Below, in pieces: positions 28,929-38,747 of a stretch of DNA of 64,000 nucleotides. Every line of letters begins with the position of its first letter. Positions within the stretch are counted from its first letter, which is position 1. The position numbers and the translations under genes are program-made. Under the pieces are notes generated by a model. The model made no database searches and was not told the origin of the DNA. It saw only the letters and a list, made by a program, of their open reading frames with translations. The DNA is from a virus: IMG/VR virus record IMGVR_UViG_3300020472_000012, positions 50,374 to 114,373 of that record, one strand, 5' to 3'.

Positions 28929-29140
28929 AAGAAGTAATTTTAAAAGCCCTTCGTCTCAAGTACGAAGGACAGATTGCCGAGGCAAAAGCAAATATAGATA
29001 TTTACTTAACAAGTTCAGTGGGTATTGGAGAACATCCAGAAATTCTGGAAGCAATTGATACACAAGTAAATAAGATTGCAGAAGCAGAAGATAGACTTAT
29101 GGTCTTGGATGGGCATTTCACTACACCAAAAATACCTTGA
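28925..29140 (+). CDS. Conserved phage hypothetical protein
   Basis: ANI.IYL...VGIGEH motif. Confidence 0.7.
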   Translation: MKEVILKALRLKYEGQIAEAKANIDIYLTSSVGIGEHPEILEAIDTQVNKIAEAEDRLMVLDGHFTTPKIP

Positions 29141-29164
29141 CAAATATAAGTATCGTAGTATACT
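29137..29164 (+). promoter_or_regulatory. Class II promoter of gp43
   Basis: TTGACA-N16-TATACT. Confidence 0.7.
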
Positions 29165-29170
29165 TAATAT

Positions 29171-31660
29171 ATGCACTTTTATACTAATGTCCAGAGATAC
29201 AGGAATTGGATTCTTGTAAGAGAATTTAAGGATGGGGTTAATAAGCCCAGACGAATTCCATATAAACCGACATTATATCTTCCGACCAATAAAGATAGTT
29301 CATTCAGAAGTATCAATGGCAAAAACTTAGAACCCAAGAAATTTACCAACATGAGTGGTGTTAGACCATTCATGGATAAGTATAAGGATGTTGAAGGGTT
29401 TGATATCTATGGTTTAGATAGATATGAATATGCATGGGTAACAGAAACATTTCCACAAGATATTGAGTGGAGTTTTAGAAATATCAAAGTTATGAACATT
29501 GATATTGAGTGTGAATGTGAACATGGATTTCCAGAACCTATCGTTGCCCCAGAACCAATCAATGCAATAACATTTAAACTATTTGGTGAACCTACCAAAT
29601 ATGTTTTTGGAACTCAGCCTTGGAATCATGGTGATAAGAACATTCGTTACTTTGAATGTAAGAATGAGGTACATCTACTTAAAACATTCCTAGATGAATA
29701 TCGTAAGGTTATGCCAGATATCATTACTGGTTGGAATGTTGAAACATTTGATATTACATATCTGATGAATCGTATTACCAGAATGATTGATAGTAGACAT
29801 GCAGATATGTTATCGCCTTGGAATATAACTTCTTCTAGAGAATGGGAAAGTTTTGGTTTAGGTGGTAATAAACAACAAACTTATGACCTTATGGGTGTAG
29901 AAGTTATAGATTACCTACAACTTTATAAGAAGTTTACATTCAAGAACAGAGATAGTTATCGATTAGAAAACATTGCACAAATTGAACTTGGTGAAGGTAA
30001 GTTAGATTATTCAGAGTTTGGTGCAATGCATTTGTTCTATAAACAGAACTATCAGAAGTTTTTAGAGTATAATGTTCGTGATGTGGACTTAGTAGAAAGA
30101 CTTGATGATAAGTTAGGTCTAATGACTTTAATGATTCAGATGGCTTATACTGCAAAGTGTAACTATAGTGATACTTTTGGACAAGTGAAGTATTGGGATT
30201 TACTTATCTGGAATCGATTACGAAAACAAAACATTATTATTCCACCAAGACCACATGGAACCAAATCACAAAAGTTTGTTGGTGCATATGTAAAAGAACC
30301 ACAAGTAGGATTGCATAATTGGGTGGTATCATTTGATTTGAATAGTCTATATCCACATTTGATTATGCAGTATAATATCAGTCCAGAGCAATTGGATAAA
30401 ACTGGTACTCAACATGATATTGATGAATTACTTGAAAAGAAAGTAGACTTTGATTATAGTAATCATCTTGCAGTTTGTCCTAATGGTGCAAGATTCAGAA
30501 AGAATAGACAGGGATTTCTTCCAGAGATTCTTGAATCTCTATATGATGAGAGAGTCATGTGGAAGAACAAGATGATTGAATTGCAAAGAGAATATGAAGA
30601 TACTGATGATGCAGAACAGAAGAAGTTTTTAAACAGAGAGATTGCAATTGCACACAACAACCAAATGGTTCGTAAGATTTCTTTGAACAGTGCTTATGGT
30701 GCATTGGGTAATCAGTGGTTTAGGTACTACGATTTGATGATGGCAGAAGCAGTTACAACTAGTGGTCAACTCGCAATTAAATGGGTTGAACAAGCAGTTA
30801 ACTCCTATCTAAATGAAGTTCTAGGTACAGAGGATGATTATGTTGTTGCAATTGATACTGACTCAATCTATGTACGATTTGATGAATTAGTTAATAGGGT
30901 TAATCCAAAGAACCCTATTGATTTCTTAGACAAGGTTTCTAATGGTAAGATGCAAGAAGTGATTAACCATTGTTATGATGACCTTGCACAATATACAAAT
31001 GCATTTCAGAATAAGATGGTAATGGGTAGAGAGGTAATTGCAGATAAAGGTATCTGGACTGCCAAGAAAAGATACATTCTTAATGTACATGACAATGAGG
31101 GTGTAAGATTACATGAACCTAAACTTAAGATGATGGGTATTGAAACTGCAAAGTCTTCTACACCAGCATGGGTTCGTGGTAGATTAGAAGATGCATTGAC
31201 AGTTGTTATGAAGGGTGATGAAAAACTTGTACATGAGTTTGTAGAGAATGCAAGAGAAGAATTTAAGAAACAACCAATAGAAGATATTGGTTTCCCTAGA
31301 GGAGTGAATGGTGTTGTTGAATATGCAAATCCAAAAACAATTTACAAGAAAGGAACACCTATTCATGTTCGTGCATCATTATTGTATAACCACCATGTAA
31401 AAAAACATGGAAAGGAATTGGTATACCAGTTAATTAATAATGGTGAGAAAATGAAATTTGTTTACCTTAAAATACCAAATCCTACTGCTGAGAATGTCAT
31501 TGGTTTTATAAATACTTTACCGAAGGAGTTTGAATTGGCAAAATACATAGACTATGACTTACAGTTCGAGAAATCATTTGTAGAACCTTTTAAACTTATT
31601 CTGGAGAAGATTGGGTGGTCAACAGAACCGACATCTTCTTTAGAGGAATTTTTTGGGTAA
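29171..31660 (+). CDS. 43: Family B DNA polymerase gp43
   Basis: Exo DIE, TGWNV..FD, SFDLNSLYP, KISLNSAYG, DTDS, KKRY; C-terminal SSLEEFFG. Confidence 0.98.
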   Translation: MHFYTNVQRYRNWILVREFKDGVNKPRRIPYKPTLYLPTNKDSSFRSINGKNLEPKKFTNMSGVRPFMDKYKDVEGFDIYGLDRYEYAWVTETFPQDIEWSFRNIKVMNIDIECECEHGFPEPIVAPEPINAITFKLFGEPTKYVFGTQPWNHGDKNIRYFECKNEVHLLKTFLDEYRKVMPDIITGWNVETFDITYLMNRITRMIDSRHADMLSPWNITSSREWESFGLGGNKQQTYDLMGVEVIDYLQLYKKFTFKNRDSYRLENIAQIELGEGKLDYSEFGAMHLFYKQNYQKFLEYNVRDVDLVERLDDKLGLMTLMIQMAYTAKCNYSDTFGQVKYWDLLIWNRLRKQNIIIPPRPHGTKSQKFVGAYVKEPQVGLHNWVVSFDLNSLYPHLIMQYNISPEQLDKTGTQHDIDELLEKKVDFDYSNHLAVCPNGARFRKNRQGFLPEILESLYDERVMWKNKMIELQREYEDTDDAEQKKFLNREIAIAHNNQMVRKISLNSAYGALGNQWFRYYDLMMAEAVTTSGQLAIKWVEQAVNSYLNEVLGTEDDYVVAIDTDSIYVRFDELVNRVNPKNPIDFLDKVSNGKMQEVINHCYDDLAQYTNAFQNKMVMGREVIADKGIWTAKKRYILNVHDNEGVRLHEPKLKMMGIETAKSSTPAWVRGRLEDALTVVMKGDEKLVHEFVENAREEFKKQPIEDIGFPRGVNGVVEYANPKTIYKKGTPIHVRASLLYNHHVKKHGKELVYQLINNGEKMKFVYLKIPNPTAENVIGFINTLPKEFELAKYIDYDLQFEKSFVEPFKLILEKIGWSTEPTSSLEEFFG

Positions 31661-31664
31661 CTGA

Positions 31665-31691
31665 TTCTCTCCTTCTTAATTAAGGAGAGAA
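31665..31691 (+). promoter_or_regulatory. Hairpin sequestering the RBS of the nuclease gene
   Basis: TTCTCTCCTT / AAGGAGAGAA perfect 10-bp stem. Confidence 0.65.
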
Positions 31692-31693
31692 AA

Positions 31694-32110
31694 ATGAACC
31701 CACACATTTATAGAGCAGACATAACGAGAGTTGTAGATGGCGATACATGTGATGTGACACTTCATTTAGGATTTGATATATTATATAAAGGTAGAGTAAG
31801 GCTGACTGGAATTGATACACCAGAATCTAGAACCAGAGACCTTGAAGAAAAGAAATTTGGACTTGCATCCAAAGAATACTTCAAGGAATGGGTTGCAAGA
31901 TTTGATTCTGTATTAGTTGAGTCAACTGAGAAAGGTAAGTTTGGTAGAATACTTGGTAGGATTTATAACCCAGATATGTCTGAATGTTATAACGACAAGA
32001 GTATAGAAGACCATCATGCAGTACCTTATAATGGTGAAAACAAAGACCTAGTAGAGTCACAACATATGGCCAACAGAGAATGGTTGACAGAACAAGGACT
32101 CGTGGTATAA
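31694..32110 (+). CDS. Thermonuclease (SNase-like)
   Basis: RVVDGDT, RVRLTGIDTPE, GKFGRILG. Confidence 0.9.
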   Translation: MNPHIYRADITRVVDGDTCDVTLHLGFDILYKGRVRLTGIDTPESRTRDLEEKKFGLASKEYFKEWVARFDSVLVESTEKGKFGRILGRIYNPDMSECYNDKSIEDHHAVPYNGENKDLVESQHMANREWLTEQGLVV

Positions 32111-32137
32111 TAGTATTATATTTGAGGATTTTATATT

Positions 32138-33184
32138 ATGGATTTATTGAAAGACCTTGCAAAGGCAAGTGGTAATGACCTTGCATCAGTAGTAGACGAT
32201 GGTATCGTTGCTGGTGATGTGGATGGTTATTTAGACACTGGTTCATATATATTGAATGCACTTTTAAGTGGTTCAATATATGGTGGACTAGCATCAAACA
32301 AGATTACAGCATTAGCGGGAGAGTCTTCCACTGGAAAGACTTTCTTTGCGTTAGGAATTTGTCAAAAGTTCCTAGAAGACAACCCAGATAGTGCAGTCAT
32401 TTACTTTGAAAGTGAATCTGCACTAACTAAAGATATTATAGTCGAAAGGGGTATTGACCCTAAAAGGATTATGATTGTCCCAGTAGTTACGATTGAACAG
32501 TTTAGAACTGAAGCAGTTCGTATACTAGACCAATACGATAAGACACGAAAAGAAGACCAGAAAATATTATTTGTTCTGGACTCATTAGGTATGTTATCAA
32601 CTGAAAAAGAGGTAACAGATGTAGAGTCTGGAAAGATGGTTCGTGATATGACAAAGGCACAAGTAACCAAAGGTGCATTCAGAGTATTAACTTTGAAACT
32701 AGGAAAGGTAGGTGTCCCTATGATTGTTACGAACCATACCTACGATAAGATTGGTTCCTTATACCCAGAGAAAGAAATGGGTGGTGGAAGTGGTCTTAAG
32801 TATGCAGCTTCTAGTGTAGTATTCTTATCGAAGAGAAAAGAAAAAGAAGGTACAGAAGTTATAGGTAATATCATTCATTGTAGGAACTGGAAATCTAGAC
32901 TTACAGTAGAAAACAAAATGGTCGATGTTCGATTGACTTATGATAAAGGTTTATCTAGACATTATGGACTTCTTGAACTTGCAATTAAGTATGGTATCTT
33001 TAAACAAGTATCAACAAGGATTGAACTTCCAGATGGGAAAACTCAGTTTGGAAAAACTATTAACAACAATCCAGAAACTTATTTCACACCAGAAATCTTA
33101 GAACAATTAGATGAGTGTGCCAAGAAAGAGTTTAGATATGGTGCAGAAGTAGAAGAAATTGAAAGTGAAGTAGATGCAGAATAG
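32138..33184 (+). CDS. uvsX: RecA-like recombinase UvsX
   Basis: [30 protein letters not shown]. Confidence 0.95.
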   Translation: MDLLKDLAKASGNDLASVVDDGIVAGDVDGYLDTGSYILNALLSGSIYGGLASNKITALAGESSTGKTFFALGICQKFLEDNPDSAVIYFESESALTKDIIVERGIDPKRIMIVPVVTIEQFRTEAVRILDQYDKTRKEDQKILFVLDSLGMLSTEKEVTDVESGKMVRDMTKAQVTKGAFRVLTLKLGKVGVPMIVTNHTYDKIGSLYPEKEMGGGSGLKYAASSVVFLSKRKEKEGTEVIGNIIHCRNWKSRLTVENKMVDVRLTYDKGLSRHYGLLELAIKYGIFKQVSTRIELPDGKTQFGKTINNNPETYFTPEILEQLDECAKKEFRYGAEVEEIESEVDAE

Positions 33185-34559
33185 GTTAGAATTATTAATA
33201 CTTAAGAATCTCTTTACGAGTGATGAATACATTCGTAAGGTGATTCCATATGTTAGGGATGAATTCTTTTCTGAGAGAGAAGAGAGATTAATCTTTGTTA
33301 ATATTAAAGAATACTTTGAGAAGTATAATAAGAATCCAACTCATGAAGCATTAACAATTCAAATGAATGAGGCAAGTGGTCTCAATCAAGATGAACTATC
33401 CAGTGCATTACACATTGTATCTCAATGTAAATCATCAATAGAAGAAACACCACACGAATTTCTATTAGATGAAACAGAGAAATGGTGTAAAGACAGAGCA
33501 GTTTATAATGCAGTAATGGATTCTATTACCATCTTAGATAAGAATTCAAAAAGAGATAAGGGTGAGATTCCAGAGTTACTTAAGGATGCACTTTCAGTAT
33601 CTTTTGACCAACATATTGGTCATGATTGGATGGAAAATGCAGATGCAAGGTATGAATTTTATCATACAGAAGAAGAAAAGATTCCATTTGATTTAGATTT
33701 ACTTAATAAGATTACAAAGGGTGGAATGCCCAACAAGACTTTGAATATTATAATGGCTGGAACTGGGGTAGGTAAATCCTTGTTCATGTGTCATTGTGCA
33801 GCCAACAATCTCATGATGGGTAAGAATGTACTTTACATATCTATGGAAATGAGTGAGGAAAAGATTGCAGAAAGAATTGATGCAAACTTAATGAATATTC
33901 CATTACAAGAACTTTCAGATTTACCTAAACCGATGTATGATAAGAAGATTAAATCTATTAGGGATAAGACAGTTGGAAGGTTAGTGGTTAAGGAATACCC
34001 AACAGCAGCTGCACATACTGGACATTTTAGACATCTATTACAAGAGTTAAATCTTAAGAAAGACTTTGTTCCAGATGTAATCTATATTGATTATCTAAAC
34101 ATATGTGCATCATCAAGAATCAAGCCTGGAAGTAATGCAAACACATATACTTATGTTAAGAGTATTGCAGAAGAGGTTAGAGGTCTTGCAGTAGAATACG
34201 ATATTCCAGTTATGAGTGCAACTCAAACAAATAGAACTGGATTTGTTTCTACAGATGTAGGATTAGAAGATACATCAGAATCCTTTGGATTACCAGCAAC
34301 TGCTGATTTGATGATTGCATTGATATCAACAGAAGAACTGGAAGACCTTGACCAGATAATGGTTAAACAATTAAAGAACAGATATAATGACCCATCATAC
34401 TACAGAAGGTTTGTAGTTGGTGTAGATAGAAGTCGTATGAAGTTGTATGATTGTGAACAATCTGCACAAGATGAGTTACATGATTCTGGGCCAGCTTTCG
34501 ACAACTCTGATACTGGAAAAAGGATATCAGAAGAGAAAACAGATGGTTGGAACATATAA
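33174..34559 (+). CDS. 41: Replicative helicase gp41
   Basis: [38 protein letters not shown]. Confidence 0.96.
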   Translation: MQNRLELLILKNLFTSDEYIRKVIPYVRDEFFSEREERLIFVNIKEYFEKYNKNPTHEALTIQMNEASGLNQDELSSALHIVSQCKSSIEETPHEFLLDETEKWCKDRAVYNAVMDSITILDKNSKRDKGEIPELLKDALSVSFDQHIGHDWMENADARYEFYHTEEEKIPFDLDLLNKITKGGMPNKTLNIIMAGTGVGKSLFMCHCAANNLMMGKNVLYISMEMSEEKIAERIDANLMNIPLQELSDLPKPMYDKKIKSIRDKTVGRLVVKEYPTAAAHTGHFRHLLQELNLKKDFVPDVIYIDYLNICASSRIKPGSNANTYTYVKSIAEEVRGLAVEYDIPVMSATQTNRTGFVSTDVGLEDTSESFGLPATADLMIALISTEELEDLDQIMVKQLKNRYNDPSYYRRFVVGVDRSRMKLYDCEQSAQDELHDSGPAFDNSDTGKRISEEKTDGWNI

Positions 34560-35427
34560 TAAGGTCTTACCTTTTAAAGACGATGAACGAGTAATTGACC
34601 AATTTGGTTGGACACTAACATCAGTCATTAAACCTACTAAAGCATCCAAAAAGAAATGGAAGGATGCATATCTAGAAAATACAGAACAGAGAAGAAGTGA
34701 TGATGCTGAATACCTAAGTGGATTAAAATTCAGTGAGTTCCATGCTGGACTATGTGAAGACATTGTACATTATTGGAGTATGGTTGGTGGTAAAATTGTA
34801 GACCCATTTGCTGGAAGATTAACAAGGGCATTCGTTTCTGCATCATTAGGAAGGTCATACGAAGGTTATGATGTATCACCTACAACAGTAAAGAATGTTA
34901 ATGAACATTTAGATAAACATTCTATATCTGATGCAATTGTTAAAGAGGGTGATGGTTGTATGATGCAACTCACTTATGATGAAAGTGCAGATTTAGTTAT
35001 GACTTGTCCACCATATCATAGATTAGAAGCATATGAATCTGCAACAGGTCAGTTATCTGATGTAAAGGGGTATCACCATTTCTTAGAAAGAATTAATGAA
35101 TGTGGAACGAACATAGAAAGAGTTTTAAAGCCTGGTGGGTTTTGTGTCTGGATATGTGGAGACTGGAGAGAAGATGGCAAGATGAGGTCTTTTCATTCAG
35201 ATGTAATAAACATGTTTACATTTAATGCTGGTCTTAAACTCCACGACACAGTAATTATAGAAAACCAATCACCATTTGCAGCTTTGCAATTAGGTAAGGT
35301 TGCATCAAAAAGATATACAAGTAAAGTACATGAATATATGTTAGTGTTTAGAAAAGAGGGTGAGATAGTTCCTACTTCAAATAAGATTAAGTTACACGAA
35401 GAAAGTAGTTTAGAGGATTTCTTCTAA
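34543..35427 (+). CDS. Amino (N4-C or N6-A) DNA methyltransferase
   Basis: DPFAG SAM-binding motif, TCPPY catalytic motif, RVLKPGG, HEY; C-terminal SSLEDFF. Confidence 0.8.
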   Translation: MVGTYNKVLPFKDDERVIDQFGWTLTSVIKPTKASKKKWKDAYLENTEQRRSDDAEYLSGLKFSEFHAGLCEDIVHYWSMVGGKIVDPFAGRLTRAFVSASLGRSYEGYDVSPTTVKNVNEHLDKHSISDAIVKEGDGCMMQLTYDESADLVMTCPPYHRLEAYESATGQLSDVKGYHHFLERINECGTNIERVLKPGGFCVWICGDWREDGKMRSFHSDVINMFTFNAGLKLHDTVIIENQSPFAALQLGKVASKRYTSKVHEYMLVFRKEGEIVPTSNKIKLHEESSLEDFF

Positions 35428-36071
35428 TGCAAATTTGGAATAATAGAGTAGACCATCATGTAGATATTACAGACCATCCATTGGTTCATGTAATTGAAGC
35501 ACCAGATAATATCATGGATATAAATGGAGAACTATGTAAAACAATTGATGACTTGGATAACAAGGGTGTTGGTAGTTATGATTCTATTAATGCAAAGGTA
35601 TCAACTTTTACTGGATGGAAAACTTTTGAACCAGAACCATTTCAAACATTAATGGATTGGGCTGGTGCAGTTGCATCAGAGATTAGTCTGGATAGGTTTG
35701 GTGTTAACTTTGTTGGGACATATACTCATTGTTGGGGTATGAGATATAGTAAAGGAGATTTTTCTCCAGCACATGGTCATTTTCCAGCAGTTTGGAGTTG
35801 GGTATATTATCCACTTATTCATGGTGAAAATATTGCACCATTACAATTTCCCTACAGTTTAAAATCTATTATGGATGATGAAGGGGATAGAATTTCTGAA
35901 ACTAGAATTATTGATGATGTTGCATTAAGTGTACCAGCACAAACTGGAAGATTAGTTTTATTTCAATCTCATATATATCATCAAGTACCTACAATTACAG
36001 ATGATAATTTAAGGTATGTTATTGCTGGTAATATGGCACATGACTTTACCAGAGACGAAGCACCTTTTTAA
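35427..36071 (+). CDS. 2OG-Fe(II) oxygenase-like protein
   Basis: W...Y..GD...HGH, WSWVYY, LVLFQSHIYH.V, RYVIAGN. Confidence 0.78.
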   Translation: MQIWNNRVDHHVDITDHPLVHVIEAPDNIMDINGELCKTIDDLDNKGVGSYDSINAKVSTFTGWKTFEPEPFQTLMDWAGAVASEISLDRFGVNFVGTYTHCWGMRYSKGDFSPAHGHFPAVWSWVYYPLIHGENIAPLQFPYSLKSIMDDEGDRISETRIIDDVALSVPAQTGRLVLFQSHIYHQVPTITDDNLRYVIAGNMAHDFTRDEAPF

Positions 36072-36073
36072 TT

Positions 36074-36553
36074 ATGGAAATTATAGATAAATTTTTACCA
36101 CAAAAAGATTTTAAATATCTTCAAGACTTTATTATGGGCCCAGATATAACTTGGCACATTCAACAGGGTCTTGCATATAGAGATAAGGTAGGTAAAGATG
36201 TTTTATTAACCCATATGTTTTATCAAAACGAAGAACCACATTCACCATTTGTTAATGAAATGGTTCCTTTATTAGAAAAACTTGATAGGAAAGTATTAAT
36301 AAGGTTAAAAGCAAATGCATATCCTATAACAGACGAAATAGTAGTTCATCCAAGACATACAGACTTAGATTATGAATGTAAAACTGCATTGTTTTATATA
36401 AACACTAATGATGGTTGGACAGAGTTTGATGATGGAACTAAGGTGGATAGTGTTGAAAATAGACTCGTAGTATTTGATTCTCAAGTACCACATTCTTCTA
36501 CATCTTGTACTGATGCAAAAGTTAGGTACAATATCAATATCAATTATTTTTAA
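36074..36553 (+). CDS. 2OG-Fe(II) oxygenase-like protein
   Basis: HTD, FYINTNDG.T, NRLVVFD...HSS, RYNININY. Confidence 0.8.
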   Translation: MEIIDKFLPQKDFKYLQDFIMGPDITWHIQQGLAYRDKVGKDVLLTHMFYQNEEPHSPFVNEMVPLLEKLDRKVLIRLKANAYPITDEIVVHPRHTDLDYECKTALFYINTNDGWTEFDDGTKVDSVENRLVVFDSQVPHSSTSCTDAKVRYNININYF

Positions 36554-36629
36554 GGGGCGGTAGCTCAGTAGGGAGAGCGACTGGTTTGCATCCAGTAGGT
36601 CGTAGGTTCGATTCCTATTCGCTCCACCA
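36554..36629 (+). tRNA. tRNA-Ala(TGC)
   Basis: GGGGCGG acceptor with G3:U70, anticodon arm ACTGG-TTTGCAT-CCAGT, GGTTCGATTCC, CCA. Confidence 0.95.
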
Positions 36630-36648
36630 AATTAATGCACTCATGGGG

Positions 36649-36678
36649 TTGACTCATGGGTGCATTTTTTTGTATAAT
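36649..36678 (+). promoter_or_regulatory. Class I sigma70 promoter
   Basis: TTGACT-CATGGGTGCATTTTTTTG-TATAAT. Confidence 0.85.
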
Positions 36679-36699
36679 ACTGTAATAGGAGAAATAAAT

Positions 36700-36924
36700 A
36701 TGAGTCATTTTTCAAAAGATTTAGCAATTGATGGAATCGTTGATGATATTGGTGCAATGGGAGATATGGATGTAGTTAAAGCACTTAATCCTTCAAACCT
36801 CTCAAAAGTATCAAAATTTGTTGGTAATAACATCAATGGTGCAAATATTATGGATTATGCAAGGGATGTTTTAGCAGACCAAATGTATGATGATTGGGCA
36901 AATATGCCTAGTCCACATGGGTAG
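36700..36924 (+). CDS. Early hypothetical protein
   Basis: AGGAG RBS, ATG 36700. Confidence 0.7.
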   Translation: MSHFSKDLAIDGIVDDIGAMGDMDVVKALNPSNLSKVSKFVGNNINGANIMDYARDVLADQMYDDWANMPSPHG

Positions 36925-36931
36925 AAATCCC

Positions 36932-36961
36932 TTGACAGATGGGTGCCATTTTTAGTATAAT
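36932..36961 (+). promoter_or_regulatory. Class I sigma70 promoter
   Basis: TTGACA-GATGGGTGCCATTTTTAG-TATAAT. Confidence 0.85.
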
Positions 36962-36999
36962 ATAGGTAATGAATAAACAAGTAGTAGTATATAACTCAC

Positions 37000-37140
37000 T
37001 CTGGAGACCGAAAGGTCTAGTCCTTAAAGGAACTGTTGCGGGTTATATGCTCTTTTTATTAGTTACAGGTTTGATTGGGACAATGCTACACGAGTCTAGT
37101 ATAACAGATGGTTTCGTACCCATCGGCAGACCCAATCAAA
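37000..37140 (+). ncRNA. Candidate structured leader or ncRNA
   Basis: AGACC-GAAA-GGTCT hairpin; TTTGATTGGG/CCCAATCAAA 10-bp stem closing a multibranch loop. Confidence 0.4.
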
Positions 37141-37165
37141 TCATTTTAAAATTAGGGGAAAATAT

Positions 37166-37516
37166 ATGAAAATAAGTAAAGAATTGGAAAGTGCAGTAGA
37201 AAAACTTTGTGAAGATATAAACAAAGCACATTTTGACCAGTTTCCCAACTTGACAGAGTACAATACTTACCCATCTTATGCGGGTCAAAAATACATTAAA
37301 ATTATCACTGATACTGGTAATCAAAAATCAGTTTGGGGTTTTATTAATGCAAAAGAATTTAAGAAAGGTCTTGCTGGAATCACTTTTTTAGAAGGTGATA
37401 TTCTAAAAGCTGCTGGATGGAAAACACCAGCATTGAATGCACCAAGAGGTAACATTCTAAGGGCACCTTATCCTATTATTGGGATGAGACAATATGGGCC
37501 GGATTACCTAAGATGA
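37166..37516 (+). CDS. Conserved phage early hypothetical protein
   Basis: KYIKI...SVWGFI...GDILKAAGWK.PA.NA.RGNI motif. Confidence 0.75.
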   Translation: MKISKELESAVEKLCEDINKAHFDQFPNLTEYNTYPSYAGQKYIKIITDTGNQKSVWGFINAKEFKKGLAGITFLEGDILKAAGWKTPALNAPRGNILRAPYPIIGMRQYGPDYLR

Positions 37517-37719
37517 GTGTTGCAGTAAATATAGAGTTGTATGAATCTCAAGAGTTTGAAGCATTTTGTCAAACTATGTACATTGCAAATTGTTCAGAAA
37601 GAAGACAATACAACGAAGAAATTTATCCCTCAGTTGAGGATTATTTAACCAAATGTGGGGATTTTTTGAGGGCAGAGTTCGTAAAGAGCCTGAAACAATA
37701 TGTCAGAAACGAAAGTTAA
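37513..37719 (+). CDS. Hypothetical protein
   Basis: ORF track. Confidence 0.55.
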   Translation: MSVAVNIELYESQEFEAFCQTMYIANCSERRQYNEEIYPSVEDYLTKCGDFLRAEFVKSLKQYVRNES

Positions 37720-38212
37720 AAGAATTTTTATCGATATGGATGGAGTCTTAACAGACTTCCAACTTGGTGTCGAAGAAATGATTGGAATGAGATTAACATC
37801 AGATGATGTTGGTCATTCTGAATACGATAAGAGAAAAGAGGAACTAACCAACAAAAGGTTGTTTAGAAATCTTCCACCTATGAAAGATATGTGGGAGTTA
37901 ATGGGTTACCTAAAACATACTGGTTTACCTTTAGAAATCCTAACTGCAGCTGGTGTTATTAACAGAGAGTTGGTAGTTTGGGATAAACATGAGTGGATTA
38001 AACAGTGGGTTGACCCTACAATGGTAGTTACATGCACAATGAGTGGTTCTCAAAAAGCAGCCTTTGCAGAGAAAGGTAATGTCTTGATTGACGACAGAGG
38101 TAAAAATATCGATGCTTGGGTTAAAGCTGGTGGTATTGGTATCAAACACAAGACTGCAAGAGACACTATAACTGAGTTAAAATTACTTAGAAATGGGATG
38201 AAAGTAATATGA
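37700..38212 (+). CDS. HAD-family 5'(3')-deoxyribonucleotidase-like protein
   Basis: IDMDGVLTDF, LIDDR..NI..W...GGIGI. Confidence 0.85.
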   Translation: MSETKVKRIFIDMDGVLTDFQLGVEEMIGMRLTSDDVGHSEYDKRKEELTNKRLFRNLPPMKDMWELMGYLKHTGLPLEILTAAGVINRELVVWDKHEWIKQWVDPTMVVTCTMSGSQKAAFAEKGNVLIDDRGKNIDAWVKAGGIGIKHKTARDTITELKLLRNGMKVI

Positions 38213-38372
38213 AAAAACGATATAAATACTTTAGTAGACCACCTTTTCCAGAGATTGGTCGTGATGCATTGCCATACTTAGAGTGGTGTGACTATAGAGA
38301 TAGGGTAAATGAGAGAATAGCATTTACTCTAATAGGGATTATAATAAGTGGAGCATTAGTTTTAATGTTTTT

Positions 38373-38576
38373 ATGATGAGTACAGACAATCAGAGTTCAG
38401 ATAAGGGTGTCCTAATAGGACATACTGTTATAGATATTCTTCAACAAAAAGTTAGATTGAAGAAGGAGCTCATTCACCTTAGAAAACTCAAACAGAACGA
38501 AAATCGTCAACAAATCTTAGAAGATAAGATTTCTGAATATGACGAATATCTCCATCAACACAGATTACAGAAATAA
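38373..38576 (+). CDS. Hypothetical coiled-coil protein
   Basis: ORF track. Confidence 0.5.
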   Translation: MMSTDNQSSDKGVLIGHTVIDILQQKVRLKKELIHLRKLKQNENRQQILEDKISEYDEYLHQHRLQK

Positions 38577-38678
38577 CCCAGTGAAATCGTAGGGTAAATA
38601 ATAGAGTCGATTGGCGTCCTTCCGCTCGGATAAAGTTAGGAAAAATTTCACAAATAACTAACAGAGTAAATTGCCACT

Positions 38679-38706
38679 AAGGGAACAATGCATTGTTCCC
38701 TTTTTT
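38679..38706 (+). terminator. Rho-independent terminator
   Basis: Perfect palindrome AAGGGAACAATGCATTGTTCCCTT followed by a T run. Confidence 0.85.
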
Positions 38707-38707
38707 A

Positions 38708-38747
38708 TTTGCATAAATAGTATTAAACAGGAAATTATTTATGCAAA
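38708..38747 (+). promoter_or_regulatory. Late promoter (CATAAATA) within a 12-bp inverted repeat that covers the downstream ATG
   Basis: TTTGCATAAATA...TATTTATGCAAA. Confidence 0.65.

Noticed and set aside
36998-37035. Glycine-riboswitch-like start (CTCTGGAGA...GAAAGG)
   Set aside because: The CCGAAG and CTCTCAGG core elements are missing
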